Assembly (NCBI GenBank): GCA_902801795.1
Contig: CADCJQ010000003.1
Span: 20,129-84,128 of the forward strand
DNA: 64,000 nt
From: an uncultured Erysipelotrichaceae bacterium
GTDB lineage: Bacteria > Bacillota_I > Bacilli_A > RF39 > UBA660
Direction: 5' to 3'
Within the stretch, counting starts at the first letter, position 1; every line of letters starts with the position of its first letter. The notes below the pieces were generated by a model that saw only the letters and a list, made by a program, of their open reading frames with translations, was not told where the DNA came from and searched no databases. This document shows, piece after piece, positions 32,090 through 42,700 of this stretch. Made by a program: the position numbers and the translations under genes.

Positions 32090-34189
32090 ATGTACGATAA
32101 TTATATTGAGTATGAAGAAGATTATGAAGCAAATAATTACCAAGTAAGAAATTTTAATATAAAAAAATATCTTAAGTATATTATTATTTTCTTTGTTATT
32201 TTAATAGGCTTTTTTGTCTATCGCTATTTTACATCATATAGATTATATGAAAATAAAATGGTTAGTGAAGCGAAAAAGTATGTTAAGAATAACCATATTA
32301 CTGCTAATCAAGAAATATATTTAGATGTTATGAAGTTAAATGTAGAAGTACCAAGTAATTGTAGTTTAGCATCAGGTGTTATTTATGATGGTTTTAATTA
32401 TAAACCACTTCTTTCGTGTAATGATTATGAAAGTAATATAACCTTTAATAGTATGGATGGAATAACTCTATTAGGAAATCCTGTTATGATTCTTTTAAAA
32501 GGAATGGAATTTAATGATCCCGGATATATTAGTAATCAAGAAATTGTTACTAGTGGTAATGTTGGTACGGAAGCTGGTGTATATAATATAAATTATTTTA
32601 TTGATAATAAAAATATTACAAGAAAAGTAATTATTGTTGATAATAGTATTTTATTAAGGGAATTTCCTACGTTAACATTAAATGGTGAGAAAGAAATAGT
32701 TCTTGATATAAATAGTATTTATCAAGATGCAGGAGTTCGTGCTCTTGATAATGTTGATGGTGATATTACAAGAAATGTTAAAGTAACAAGCTTTGTTGAT
32801 ACTAAAAATATAGGAGAATATAATGTATTATATGAGATAACTAATAGTAGGGGATATAAAAGAAGTATTATAAGAAAAGTTGTTGTTGCAGGAGATGATG
32901 CATCAAGTGTCATTAGTGGCTTAAATACATATGGAATGACCAATAAGAATGTAAAAATTATTTTTAACATTTTAGGTAATAATTATTCAAATACATTGCT
33001 TCCTAATAATGAAAAAACAACGCAAAAGAATTTTGAATATGAAGTATCGGAAAATGGAACTTATGATTTTAAAATAAATGATGTTTTTGGTAACACTATT
33101 CTTCGAAAGGTTGATGTAACGAATATTGATAAAGAAAATCCTAATGGAAGTTGTCATGCTTTATTATATAATAACCATACAGATATTACGACAACAACAC
33201 CAAGTGATAAAATAATATCTAAGTATTATTATATTGTTGATGGTGTTAGTAATGAATCAATAAGTAATACTTTTAGAACAGATAAAGTAAATCCTAGAGT
33301 CATTTCTGTTAAAATAAAAGATAGTGTTGGTAATGAGAATATCTTTGTTTGTAAAAAAGAAGAAAAGAAATCAAATATTCCGGAGACAGGTATTACTAGA
33401 ATAATTGAAGCAGAGGCTTTAACAAAACCTATTGGTGATACTCTTGCTAAAAAAAGTTTAACAATTAATGATCTTAACGCATGTATTTATAATAAGGTTC
33501 AAGAAGCAGGTCCTGGTACTAGATATGGTGTTGTTGCTGCTGCCATTGGACTTTTGGATTGTACGAAAGAAATGACAGGGTATACGATTTCTTATGATCA
33601 TACCGCTGGAAAAGTTGAAACAGAAAAAGATGGTATAAATTACTGTACTTTTAATTCGGATATCTGTGGTAAATTAGGTGTTAATTCTCGTTGGGGAAAA
33701 CCTGGTGGTTCGTGTACAAATGGAGAAGATTCTAGCAATAAGCAATGTTATTATGGACTTAATTGTGCTAATTTTGTTCATTGGGCATTATGTAATGGTG
33801 GTATGGATATGTGTACTAAAGGATCACCTGGTGCAACAACAATGGCTAGTAAAAAGTATTTTCCGGAAGCAGATTCCTTTAGAATTTTTAAAAGAAGAGT
33901 TACTTATCTATATGGAACGGATTTAACAGCCTATGGTGCTGATGCACTTGTAAGAATGATGAAACCTGGTGATTTGATTCACTCTTATGAAGAAGATAAT
34001 TATGTTAAAACTGATCACATTATGATTGTAACAGGTGTTGATGATAGTGGTGTATATATTGCCGAAAATGGAAGGAAAACACGTAAGATAGCATATTCAT
34101 CATTTGTTGATGGTAGAAAAACCTATCAAATTGTCTTACTAGAAAATTATTATAACAATCCTAATAATCAAAACAACTTATATAATTAG
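32090..34189 (+). CDS. membrane-anchored multi-Ig-domain protein with C-terminal NlpC/P60-superfamily (Cys/His) peptidoglycan hydrolase-like domain
   Basis: 699 aa. N-terminal TM. Repeated Ig-like/DUF5011-type segments (ITR.V.V.D...). C-terminus YYGLNCANFVHWAL...DHIMIVTG resembles the Cys...His catalytic pair of NlpC/P60 or Amidase_5 hydrolases. Confidence 0.45.
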   Translation: MYDNYIEYEEDYEANNYQVRNFNIKKYLKYIIIFFVILIGFFVYRYFTSYRLYENKMVSEAKKYVKNNHITANQEIYLDVMKLNVEVPSNCSLASGVIYDGFNYKPLLSCNDYESNITFNSMDGITLLGNPVMILLKGMEFNDPGYISNQEIVTSGNVGTEAGVYNINYFIDNKNITRKVIIVDNSILLREFPTLTLNGEKEIVLDINSIYQDAGVRALDNVDGDITRNVKVTSFVDTKNIGEYNVLYEITNSRGYKRSIIRKVVVAGDDASSVISGLNTYGMTNKNVKIIFNILGNNYSNTLLPNNEKTTQKNFEYEVSENGTYDFKINDVFGNTILRKVDVTNIDKENPNGSCHALLYNNHTDITTTTPSDKIISKYYYIVDGVSNESISNTFRTDKVNPRVISVKIKDSVGNENIFVCKKEEKKSNIPETGITRIIEAEALTKPIGDTLAKKSLTINDLNACIYNKVQEAGPGTRYGVVAAAIGLLDCTKEMTGYTISYDHTAGKVETEKDGINYCTFNSDICGKLGVNSRWGKPGGSCTNGEDSSNKQCYYGLNCANFVHWALCNGGMDMCTKGSPGATTMASKKYFPEADSFRIFKRRVTYLYGTDLTAYGADALVRMMKPGDLIHSYEEDNYVKTDHIMIVTGVDDSGVYIAENGRKTRKIAYSSFVDGRKTYQIVLLENYYNNPNNQNNLYN

Positions 34190-34288
34190 TTGACACATTT
34201 GTGTCAACTTTTTTTGCAATAAATGTAAAGGCCTGTCGAATCATTTTTCAATAAATAAATAATATAGTATGCTTATTCTGGTGATGCG

Positions 34289-34930
34289 ATGAAAGGAAAT
34301 TTAAAAGAATTAATACTTGATAACCGAAATCTTATTTATAGTGTTATCCACCGGTTTCGAGGAAGTGATTATGATGATTTATTTCAAGTAGGGTGTGTTG
34401 GTTTAATTAAGGCTTATCATCATTATAATGATGAATATAATGTTAAGTTTACTACTTATGCTTATCAATATATTGTTGGTGAAATATATAATTATCTAAA
34501 TAATAATCGAAATATCCACATGAGTCCAGAGAATATTCGATTATTAAAATCAATTAAAAAAGCTGAGGATGTTTTAACCAATCACTTAGGTAGGAGTCCA
34601 ACTGATAGTGAGTTATCTTCTTTTTTAGAAATAGATTTATATAAATTATCAGAAATAAGAAATATGAGCATAGTAGATAGTCTTGATTATCAATATGAAA
34701 ATAATGATATGTATGATTTTATTAAAAGGGATAATATCTCAAAAGATGAATTAATAGATTTAAGAGATGCTCTTAATAGTTTAAGTAATGAGGAAAAAAA
34801 ATTTATTAAAGCCCGGTATTATGATGATATAACACAAAGTGAACTTGCTAAAATATATAATACCAATCAGGTAAAAATATCACGTGATGAAAAAAAGATT
34901 TTATGTAAATTAAAGGCGCGAATGTGTTAG
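34289..34930 (+). CDS. sigma-70 family sigma factor, group 3 (SigF/SigG-like)
   Basis: GLIKAYHHYNDEYNVKFTTYAYQYIVGEIYNYL (region 2.x pattern of SigF/G) plus a C-terminal region 4 HTH (ITQSELAKIYNTNQVKISRDEKKIL). Confidence 0.7.
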   Translation: MKGNLKELILDNRNLIYSVIHRFRGSDYDDLFQVGCVGLIKAYHHYNDEYNVKFTTYAYQYIVGEIYNYLNNNRNIHMSPENIRLLKSIKKAEDVLTNHLGRSPTDSELSSFLEIDLYKLSEIRNMSIVDSLDYQYENNDMYDFIKRDNISKDELIDLRDALNSLSNEEKKFIKARYYDDITQSELAKIYNTNQVKISRDEKKILCKLKARMC

Positions 34931-35391
34931 CCTTTTTTTCTTTTTACCATAAAATATTATTGATTAATATGAAAATAGAATGTATAAATAATAAAATAAT
35001 TGTTTATGTTTACCAATATTTATTAAATATTAATGAAATTAAAGAATTACATAATGAAATTAAAAGAATATTTCTTAAATTAATTAATTCATATCATTTT
35101 AATTTTTTTGGATACAATATTGTTAATGTTTATCAAAATGATAATTATGGATGTATTATGGAAATAGAAAATATATATCATGATTCTTTTAATAATGATA
35201 TTATTGATTTAAAATTAATTGTTCATCAAAAACAAGATTTTTATTTAGAATTTAATGATTATCTATTTAATGAATATATAAAAGATATTATTTATTATAA
35301 TAATAAGTATTACCTGAATATTAATAAAATAAAAAATATATATAAGTATTTAGAGTTAGGGAAAATAGTGCATAAACTTGATTTTAAATGA
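34924..35391 (+). CDS. hypothetical protein (overlaps the sigma factor stop; possible partner or anti-sigma-like)
   Basis: 155-aa Asn/Ile-rich ORF overlapping the upstream gene's stop. No TM, no motif. Confidence 0.3.
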   Translation: MLAFFSFYHKILLINMKIECINNKIIVYVYQYLLNINEIKELHNEIKRIFLKLINSYHFNFFGYNIVNVYQNDNYGCIMEIENIYHDSFNNDIIDLKLIVHQKQDFYLEFNDYLFNEYIKDIIYYNNKYYLNINKIKNIYKYLELGKIVHKLDFK

Positions 35392-35432
35392 AAAAATGAT
35401 ATAATAAACTCTCGTTATTAATGGGGGATATT

Positions 35433-36884
35433 ATGGTTAAAGAAAAGATTAATGATATTGAGATAATATATGATGAAGGTAGTAATGAAATAGAGAAATT
35501 TAAAATCATTTTAAAAAATAATTATGCATTAATTAAGAAAAAAATTGGTGATATTAAAGTTATTAGTTTTATTAAATGTGAAGATGAAAAAGTATTGTAT
35601 TTAGAAAAACTTTTAGATTATATTAATAATATTATAAAGGAATTTTTAGAAAATGATAATATTATTTTATCTTTTGAAAATACATCACTAGAAGAAATGT
35701 ATATTAATTTTTTAACAAGAAAATTAGATGTTAAAGAAGATAAAAGAATTATTAATATTAATCCTTATATATCTAATGAATTTTTCTATCAATTATTTTA
35801 TTATTTTATAGGTTATCATTATTATAAAGAAAAGAATGATATGAATAGTTACCTTGATTATGTTAAATATCATAATAATTTTAATGAAGTTATAGATTGG
35901 TTTGTAAATAAAGTTCGTTTTAGTACTAGTAATATTCTTTTAGGAGAATTAATTAGTTATTTTGATGGTACTTTTATGGATAATATTGATGAAATTACTA
36001 ATCTATTAAATAATGAATTAACTAAAGAAAATATTAATAATGCTATAACGAGTAGAAAAAAATTAGAACCAATTACTAGAAGGGAACTAGATTATCTTTT
36101 TATTAAATTTTTAGATTATATTAAAGCACCAGGTTCGTGGTATAAATTATATAATAATTTAAAAATAAATAAAAATATTATTTATACTAAAACGAATCAA
36201 GATATCGATAAATCACAATGTTTTGTTGATAATGGTGTATTAAAAATATTAATAGATAGTGATGATTCTGTAAGAGGATTAATATCATTAGTTCATGAAT
36301 TTATGCATTACGTATCTAGTGTTGATAAATCTACCCTTGGAAATTATGCTATTTTAGAAATTCCTAGTATCTTTTTTGAAAGATTATGTGCGGCATTTTT
36401 AGTAGATAATGGTTATAGTAAAGAAATAATAAATGATATTTTAAAAACACGTAAAGGATGTAATTTATTATTGTGTATGAAAATTGGTGGAATATATAAT
36501 ATAATAAATAAGTATATTAAGAATGGACCAATTAATGAAAATGATGAACTTATGAGTATTGAAAGAAGAATTAATACATTAATGCAAGATAAAAAAACTA
36601 AAGATGCCTTTATAAATATGTATAAAAAAGCAAATCTTACTTATGATGCTAAAGATATAGTTTATCGAAATTATGATTATTTTATTAGAAGTATTACTGA
36701 AAATGGAACATCAGTGGTATTAGGTTATCAATATATTATTGGATACTTACTTACCGAAAAACTATTTGATAATATTGATGATGATATGATTAAAAAAATG
36801 ATTAATGTCACCGATAACTTAAAAAAGATGACTTTACAAGATTTAGAGGATATTTTTAAAGTTAAAGTTTTGAATAAATTATAA
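35433..36884 (+). CDS. putative zinc metallopeptidase (HEXXH...E gluzincin-type motif)
   Basis: LVHEFMHYVSS with a downstream Glu (LEIPS) about 20 aa later. About 480 aa, no TM. Confidence 0.4.
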   Translation: MVKEKINDIEIIYDEGSNEIEKFKIILKNNYALIKKKIGDIKVISFIKCEDEKVLYLEKLLDYINNIIKEFLENDNIILSFENTSLEEMYINFLTRKLDVKEDKRIININPYISNEFFYQLFYYFIGYHYYKEKNDMNSYLDYVKYHNNFNEVIDWFVNKVRFSTSNILLGELISYFDGTFMDNIDEITNLLNNELTKENINNAITSRKKLEPITRRELDYLFIKFLDYIKAPGSWYKLYNNLKINKNIIYTKTNQDIDKSQCFVDNGVLKILIDSDDSVRGLISLVHEFMHYVSSVDKSTLGNYAILEIPSIFFERLCAAFLVDNGYSKEIINDILKTRKGCNLLLCMKIGGIYNIINKYIKNGPINENDELMSIERRINTLMQDKKTKDAFINMYKKANLTYDAKDIVYRNYDYFIRSITENGTSVVLGYQYIIGYLLTEKLFDNIDDDMIKKMINVTDNLKKMTLQDLEDIFKVKVLNKL

Positions 36885-36957
36885 AAAAAACACTATAAAA
36901 GTGTTAAATAATTATTTAGTATATTATCAATACCATTAAGAATTGGATTTTATAATG

Positions 36958-37470
36958 TCATTTACATTTATGCAAAAGGCGTCCGACTTTAAAAATAATT
37001 TTATCTCCTTTATGAACAGCGATGCTTTTTCCAATTGCTTTACCACCAACCATGATACTAGAAATAATAGAGGAAACTATTAAGGCAACTAAAGTGGCAT
37101 TTAAAGAAAATTTATTAGCGATAGTAATGGCAATCATCGCTCCCATACTACCTGATACAATACCACAAATATCTCCAATAATATCATTACAAAAGTTAGC
37201 AATATTGCTAGCGTTTTTTATTAATTTAATACTTTCACGGGAACCTTTAATTTTATTAGATGCCTTAGCATGAAAAGTCGCTTCATCAGCAGTTAATACA
37301 GCTGTACCAATAATATCAAAAATAATTCCAATAAAAATAATAATGATTGTAATGATAAAAAGAATTATCAAATTAGAATTTGCTGCAATAAAGTTTGATA
37401 AACCACTTATCAACATACAAATAATAAAAGTTAAAATAAAAACTTTAACAACCCAAGATTTATTTTGCAT
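36958..37470 (-). CDS. small integral membrane protein
   Basis: Three to four hydrophobic helices. Start likely MQNKSWVV. Confidence 0.4.
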   Translation of the reverse strand: MQNKSWVVKVFILTFIICMLISGLSNFIAANSNLIILFIITIIIIFIGIIFDIIGTAVLTADEATFHAKASNKIKGSRESIKLIKNASNIANFCNDIIGDICGIVSGSMGAMIAITIANKFSLNATLVALIVSSIISSIMVGGKAIGKSIAVHKGDKIIFKVGRLLHKCK

Positions 37471-37539
37471 ATACACGTCCTTCAATACAATATTAAAAAA
37501 TCATAGTTTTCTATGATTTATTTTTTGTGTTTTGTATGG

Positions 37540-37900
37540 TCTACCATAAATTAATTTTACGGCTTAGGTCGAGTAGAGTTTCTCTGAATTCTACCTTAAG
37601 TTACCTATGGGCCATTTCTGTTTAAAGAATTCAATTACCTTGGTAATAACTCGATCACCACTTAGTCCGCACTACAATCTTTATAGTAGAAACATTCTAG
37701 AGGTTTTCCCTGACAAACAGTCATATCCTTATTCGCTTTTGCAAGATTTTTTTCAATAATATCCCAAAATCTCACGCACGACATGTGTTTTATTTACTAC
37801 GACGTGATGAAAGGATACCAATATATGCCATTATATTTTTTCCTTAAATCTAAAATTATATATTCACCCCTATCTGGGCGATAAAAGCAAACATATAAAG
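37540..37900. other. about 360-nt non-coding, relatively GC-richer segment; candidate structured ncRNA or decayed gene
   Basis: No ORF of 60 aa or more on either strand despite lower AT content. The minus strand has only fragmented short frames, including a 40-codon Cys-rich ORF MSCVRFWDIIEKNLAKANKDMTVCQGKPLECFYYKDCSAD. Confidence 0.2.
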
Positions 37901-38105
37901 TGTCATACACAATTAATGGATTTTTAGCCCCATCTTCCTATATTTTGTTTGACTAGAATAATGCACCACACATATAATATTATACTATATTTTATTATTT
38001 ATGTCAAAAAATTAGTATTAGTCAATAATACTTTTTATAATTTTTTTGTTGAATAATATTCGTTTTATTGATATAATAATTAAGAAGAGTAGAGGAGTTG
38101 ATAAT

Positions 38106-38831
38106 ATGATAAATAAGATTGTTAAAAATAAAGATATTATCTTAATAACAATTGGAACTCTTTTACTGATTCTTTCTTTTTGTTTATTATTTTATGATAG
38201 AATTGAACTAATAAAAAGTAATGTTTTTGATGAAGTTGAATTATTAAAATATCGTGAAAATAGTATTAATGAAGAACCAGAAAATAATAGTGATGTAGAA
38301 GATAAAGAATTAACTATTGATGATGTTGAAGTTCAGGAATTAGAAGAAGATACAAAAGAAGAATCTAAAAAAGAAGAAAAGAAGGAAATAACGAAAACAA
38401 TAACTAAAGAATTTATTGGTTATTTGGAAATAAATAAAGTTAACTTAAAACAAGGATTAGTTTCTAAAAATTCTTATTACAATAATGTAAACCGAAATAT
38501 CCAAATTTTAAAAGAATCAGATTATCCTGATAAAGAAAATGGTAATGTTATTTTAGCGGCTCATTCTGGAAGAGGATATTTATCATTTTTTAAGAATTTA
38601 TATCAATTATCTCTTGGCGATACTGCTAAAATATATTATAAAAATATGATTTACAATTATGAAATAGTTAATATTTATAATGTACCTAAAGTAGGAACTA
38701 TTATGATTAATCGTAATTATGATAAATCATGTTTAACATTAATTACATGCACTAAAAATAGTACAACGGAACAAACTGTATATATTTTAGAATTAACTTC
38801 TGTACAAAAAGAAGGTGATAGTAATGCCTAA
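38106..38831 (+). CDS. srt: sortase (cysteine transpeptidase)
   Basis: N-terminal TM. His motif NVILAAHSG and catalytic Cys in LTLITCT. Confidence 0.75.
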   Translation: MINKIVKNKDIILITIGTLLLILSFCLLFYDRIELIKSNVFDEVELLKYRENSINEEPENNSDVEDKELTIDDVEVQELEEDTKEESKKEEKKEITKTITKEFIGYLEINKVNLKQGLVSKNSYYNNVNRNIQILKESDYPDKENGNVILAAHSGRGYLSFFKNLYQLSLGDTAKIYYKNMIYNYEIVNIYNVPKVGTIMINRNYDKSCLTLITCTKNSTTEQTVYILELTSVQKEGDSNA

Positions 38832-39318
38832 TGTGATTTTAATAAGTTCTATTATGGTTTACTTTACTTTGTTAATAATTTTAGTATTAAATATAGAAGA
38901 TAAAAGTAAAATAATTAAATATAGTTTTTTACTATTATTAATATCTTTATTAGTTGCTTTTTTTATAGCAAATGAACTAGTAATGGATTATTTGATATCG
39001 ATTATTGTAAGATTTTGGTATTATCCAACTTTCTCTACTATTATTGCAATTGTTTTTGTAACGATGATTTTATATATTTATAATATATTTAATGATAATA
39101 TTCCTGAAAAAAGAAGAATAATTAATTATACATTTGGAAGTTTTATATTTATTGGATATATTATGTTTATGTTATTAGATGTTGATATTAATTCATATAA
39201 TTCTTTGTATGAAAGCGATAGTTTATTTTGGATAAGATATATTGCGAGAACTTTTATGCTTTGGTTAATTACTGATTTATCAATGAGATATTTTCATTAT
39301 ATAAAGGGAGGTAAATAA
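38815..39318 (+). CDS. integral membrane protein (4-5 TM)
   Basis: Hydrophobic throughout. Overlaps the sortase stop. Confidence 0.4.
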   Translation: MIVMPNVILISSIMVYFTLLIILVLNIEDKSKIIKYSFLLLLISLLVAFFIANELVMDYLISIIVRFWYYPTFSTIIAIVFVTMILYIYNIFNDNIPEKRRIINYTFGSFIFIGYIMFMLLDVDINSYNSLYESDSLFWIRYIARTFMLWLITDLSMRYFHYIKGGK

Positions 39319-39319
39319 A

Positions 39320-39706
39320 ATGACAAAATTTCTTTATATGAAAATTCTAGGATTATTTATGGTAATTATAGGTTTTAGTTATTGTCTAACTTCTTTTCAT
39401 AATTTTTATGCTTATATCTTTGGAGATTTATTAATTGCTAATGCCAATATTTATCTTATGACATGTGGATTAGTTATCCCTCTTTATCTCTTTATTTTTG
39501 GAATATATTTTTACTTTTATAGTGATAGATTTTTCGCAAAAATAAATCCCTTTATTTTTATAACAGGTGTATGGATGTTTGTTATTGGTGTTTTTCGAAT
39601 CTTTATTGGTACTGGATTATTGCAATTTCTTCATTTTACCTTTGCATATGCTTCGATTATTTTAGCGATATTTCTTGTTTATGGATGTTTACATTTTAAA
39701 TATTAA
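39320..39706 (+). CDS. integral membrane protein (4 TM)
   Basis: Starts 2 nt after the upstream stop. Hydrophobic. Confidence 0.4.
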   Translation: MTKFLYMKILGLFMVIIGFSYCLTSFHNFYAYIFGDLLIANANIYLMTCGLVIPLYLFIFGIYFYFYSDRFFAKINPFIFITGVWMFVIGVFRIFIGTGLLQFLHFTFAYASIILAIFLVYGCLHFKY

Positions 39707-39817
39707 AAAGTCAATTTTAAATAATTGATTTTTTTTCTTAATGTCTAATTTATGTTTACAATGTTTAAAATATCTAAAAAAATTGTTATAATTAATAACG
39801 TTTAGAAGGTGTAGTAA

Positions 39818-42373
39818 ATGAAATTAAAAGATGTTGATAAAAGTAAATTATCACCAATGATGGCTCATTATTTAGAGATAAAAGAAAAGTATCCTGATAC
39901 AATTATTTTTTATCGTTTAGGTGATTTTTATGAAATGTTTTTTGAAGATGCAGAATTAGTATCTCATGAACTAGAACTTACATTAACAGGACGTAATGCG
40001 GGACTTGATGAGCGAGCGCCAATGTGTGGTGTACCATATCATGCTTATGAAGGATATATGCAAAAGTTAATTGATCGTGGTTATAAAGTAGCAATTTGTG
40101 AACAATTAGAAGATCCTAAACTTGCTAAAGGAATGGTTGATAGGGATGTAGTTCAAGTTATTACGAAAGGTACTATTTTAGATAATATGTTAGATGAAAA
40201 AAGTAATAATTATTTAGCAAGTATCTATGATTTTGAATATTCTTACGCTCTTACATATGCCGATATTTCAACAGGGGAAGTTAGTACTTTATTATTGGAC
40301 AATGAAAATGATTTATTAAAAGAAATAGTTAATCATAATATTAAAGAATTAATTTGTAATGATGTTATTAATCGTGAAATAATTTATACATTAAAAAATA
40401 TTTATCATATAGTAGTTACCATAACTAATGATTTATGTGATGATAAAGATTATCAATATATTTATGAAGATATAAGTGATATAAGATTAATTACGGGAAT
40501 TAAACATTTACTATCATATATTGTAAGTACTAAAAAAGTTACTTTAAGCCATTTAAAGAAAGCTAATTGTTATTCTGAAAATGAATTTTTACAATTTGAT
40601 ATTCATACCAAAAGAAATTTAGAGTTAACAGAAACCATTAGAGATAATAATAGACAATATTCACTTCTTTGGTTATTAGATAAAACGAAAACAGCGATGG
40701 GAAGTCGCTACTTAAAAAGAAATATTGAATCACCTCTAAGAAACAAAAAAGAAATACTACGTCGTTATGAGATGGTAAGTTTATTTTTAACAGAATTTAT
40801 TCATAAAGAGGAATTATGTAATTTATTAAATGAAGTGTATGACTTGGAAAGATTATGTGGACGTGTTAGTTATGGTAATATTAATGCTCGTGATATGTTA
40901 CAGTTATTACGAAGTTTAAAAGTTTTACCAGAAATAAAAAGTATTTTAAATATGATTCATTATGATAAAGATTTTGATACCTTAGATGAGTTACGAGAAT
41001 TGCTTGATAAAAGTATTAATCCTGATGCGCCCATGACATTACATGACGGTGATTTAATTAAAGTAGGTTATAATAGTGAATTGGATGAACTAAAAAGTGT
41101 TCGTAAAAATAGTAAAGATTTTATTGTTAATATTGAAAATACAGAAAAAGAACGTACCGGTATTAAGAATTTAAAAATTGGCTATAATAAAGTATTTGGT
41201 TATTATATAGAAATTAGTAAAGGAAATATTCCATTAATTAAAGATGAATGGGGTTATATAAGAAAGCAAACATTAACAACAGGTGAACGTTATATAACGG
41301 AAGAATTAAAAGAAAAAGAACAAATTATTTTGGGTGCAGAAGAAAAAATAATAAATCTTGAATATAATTTGTTTATGGAAATAAGAGAAATAACGAAAAA
41401 ATATATTCATAGTTTACAAGATATTAGTATGATAATATCCGAACTTGATATGTTACTTTCTTTTGCAACAGTAGCAGAGACTAATCGCTATGTCAAACCA
41501 GAAATAGTTGATGGTAATGAAGTTTTAATTCTTGATGGACGTCATCCTGTTGTGGAAAAAGTTAGTAGTAATGATTATGTTCCTAATGATATTAAAATGG
41601 ATAAAAATACAGATGTTTTATTAATAACAGGTCCTAATATGGCTGGTAAAAGTACTTATATGCGTCAAATGGCTATTATTGTTATTATGGCTCAAATTGG
41701 TTCTTTTGTACCTTGTAGTTCATGTAAACTTCCACTTTTTGATAAAATCTTTACAAGAATTGGTGCTAGTGATGATTTAGTAAATGGTGAAAGTACCTTT
41801 ATGGTAGAGATGAAAGAAGCTAATCGTGCTTTAATGGATGCAACAAGTAATAGTTTGATTTTATTTGATGAATTAGGTCGTGGTACGGCAACATACGATG
41901 GAATGAGTTTAGCAGAGGCAATCTTAGAATATATTCATGACCATATTCATGCTAAAACCTTATTTTCTACCCATTATCATGAGTTAACAACGATGTCTAA
42001 AAAATTAAAGAAATTACGTAATATTCATGTTTCCGCTAGTGAAGAAAATGGTAATATTACTTTCTTACATAAGATTAAAGATGGGGCGATTGATAAAAGT
42101 TATGGAATTAATGTAGCATCTCTTGCACATCTTCCCCAAGAAGTTATCACCAGAGCTAATGAAATATTAGGCATTTATGAAAGTAAAAATAAGAATAATC
42201 AAAGTAATGTTTTACAAACATCTTTTGATTTTCAAGAAGAAAAAGATGATAAGAAAGATGAAGAAATAATTGAAGAATTAAAGAAAATTAATCCACTTAG
42301 TATAACACCAATTGAAGCATTAAATAAATTATATGAATTAACAGAATTAGTTAAAGAAAAGGATAATAAATAA
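39818..42373 (+). CDS. mutS: DNA mismatch repair protein MutS
   Basis: MMAHYLEIKEKYPDTIIFYRLGDFYEMF (mismatch-binding domain) and Walker A TGPNMAGKSTYMRQ. 851 aa. Confidence 0.95.
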   Translation: MKLKDVDKSKLSPMMAHYLEIKEKYPDTIIFYRLGDFYEMFFEDAELVSHELELTLTGRNAGLDERAPMCGVPYHAYEGYMQKLIDRGYKVAICEQLEDPKLAKGMVDRDVVQVITKGTILDNMLDEKSNNYLASIYDFEYSYALTYADISTGEVSTLLLDNENDLLKEIVNHNIKELICNDVINREIIYTLKNIYHIVVTITNDLCDDKDYQYIYEDISDIRLITGIKHLLSYIVSTKKVTLSHLKKANCYSENEFLQFDIHTKRNLELTETIRDNNRQYSLLWLLDKTKTAMGSRYLKRNIESPLRNKKEILRRYEMVSLFLTEFIHKEELCNLLNEVYDLERLCGRVSYGNINARDMLQLLRSLKVLPEIKSILNMIHYDKDFDTLDELRELLDKSINPDAPMTLHDGDLIKVGYNSELDELKSVRKNSKDFIVNIENTEKERTGIKNLKIGYNKVFGYYIEISKGNIPLIKDEWGYIRKQTLTTGERYITEELKEKEQIILGAEEKIINLEYNLFMEIREITKKYIHSLQDISMIISELDMLLSFATVAETNRYVKPEIVDGNEVLILDGRHPVVEKVSSNDYVPNDIKMDKNTDVLLITGPNMAGKSTYMRQMAIIVIMAQIGSFVPCSSCKLPLFDKIFTRIGASDDLVNGESTFMVEMKEANRALMDATSNSLILFDELGRGTATYDGMSLAEAILEYIHDHIHAKTLFSTHYHELTTMSKKLKKLRNIHVSASEENGNITFLHKIKDGAIDKSYGINVASLAHLPQEVITRANEILGIYESKNKNNQSNVLQTSFDFQEEKDDKKDEEIIEELKKINPLSITPIEALNKLYELTELVKEKDNK

Positions 42374-42403
42374 AAAAGAAGATTGCAAGGCAAAATTCTT
42401 TTT

Positions 42404-42655
42404 TTAATATGGTCTATATGGATAATATGGATATGGGCTATAGTATGGCACTGGTGGATATGGTGTATAAATTGGATAATTAGGACGATTATTAGCTATT
42501 AAACCACCAGTTATTCCTCCTAAAACAAAGGGAATAGCAAATCCACCACCAAAGAAACGATCATTGCTATTGTTTGGCCTATTATTATGTCTTATTGGTC
42601 TATTCATTTGCATATTACCATAGTTTCGTGGTATATTATTATTGTTATACATAGA
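42404..42655 (-). CDS. small Asn/Pro/Tyr-rich low-complexity protein
   Basis: MYNNNNIPRNYGNM...PNYPIYTPYPPVPYYSPYPYYPYRPY. Spore-coat-like composition. Function unknown. Confidence 0.35.
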   Translation of the reverse strand, partial: SMYNNNNIPRNYGNMQMNRPIRHNNRPNNSNDRFFGGGFAIPFVLGGITGGLIANNRPNYPIYTPYPPVPYYSPYPYYPYRPY

Positions 42656-42700
42656 ATATACTCCTTTCATTATATTCTATGAGAAAGGAAAATATAAGTT

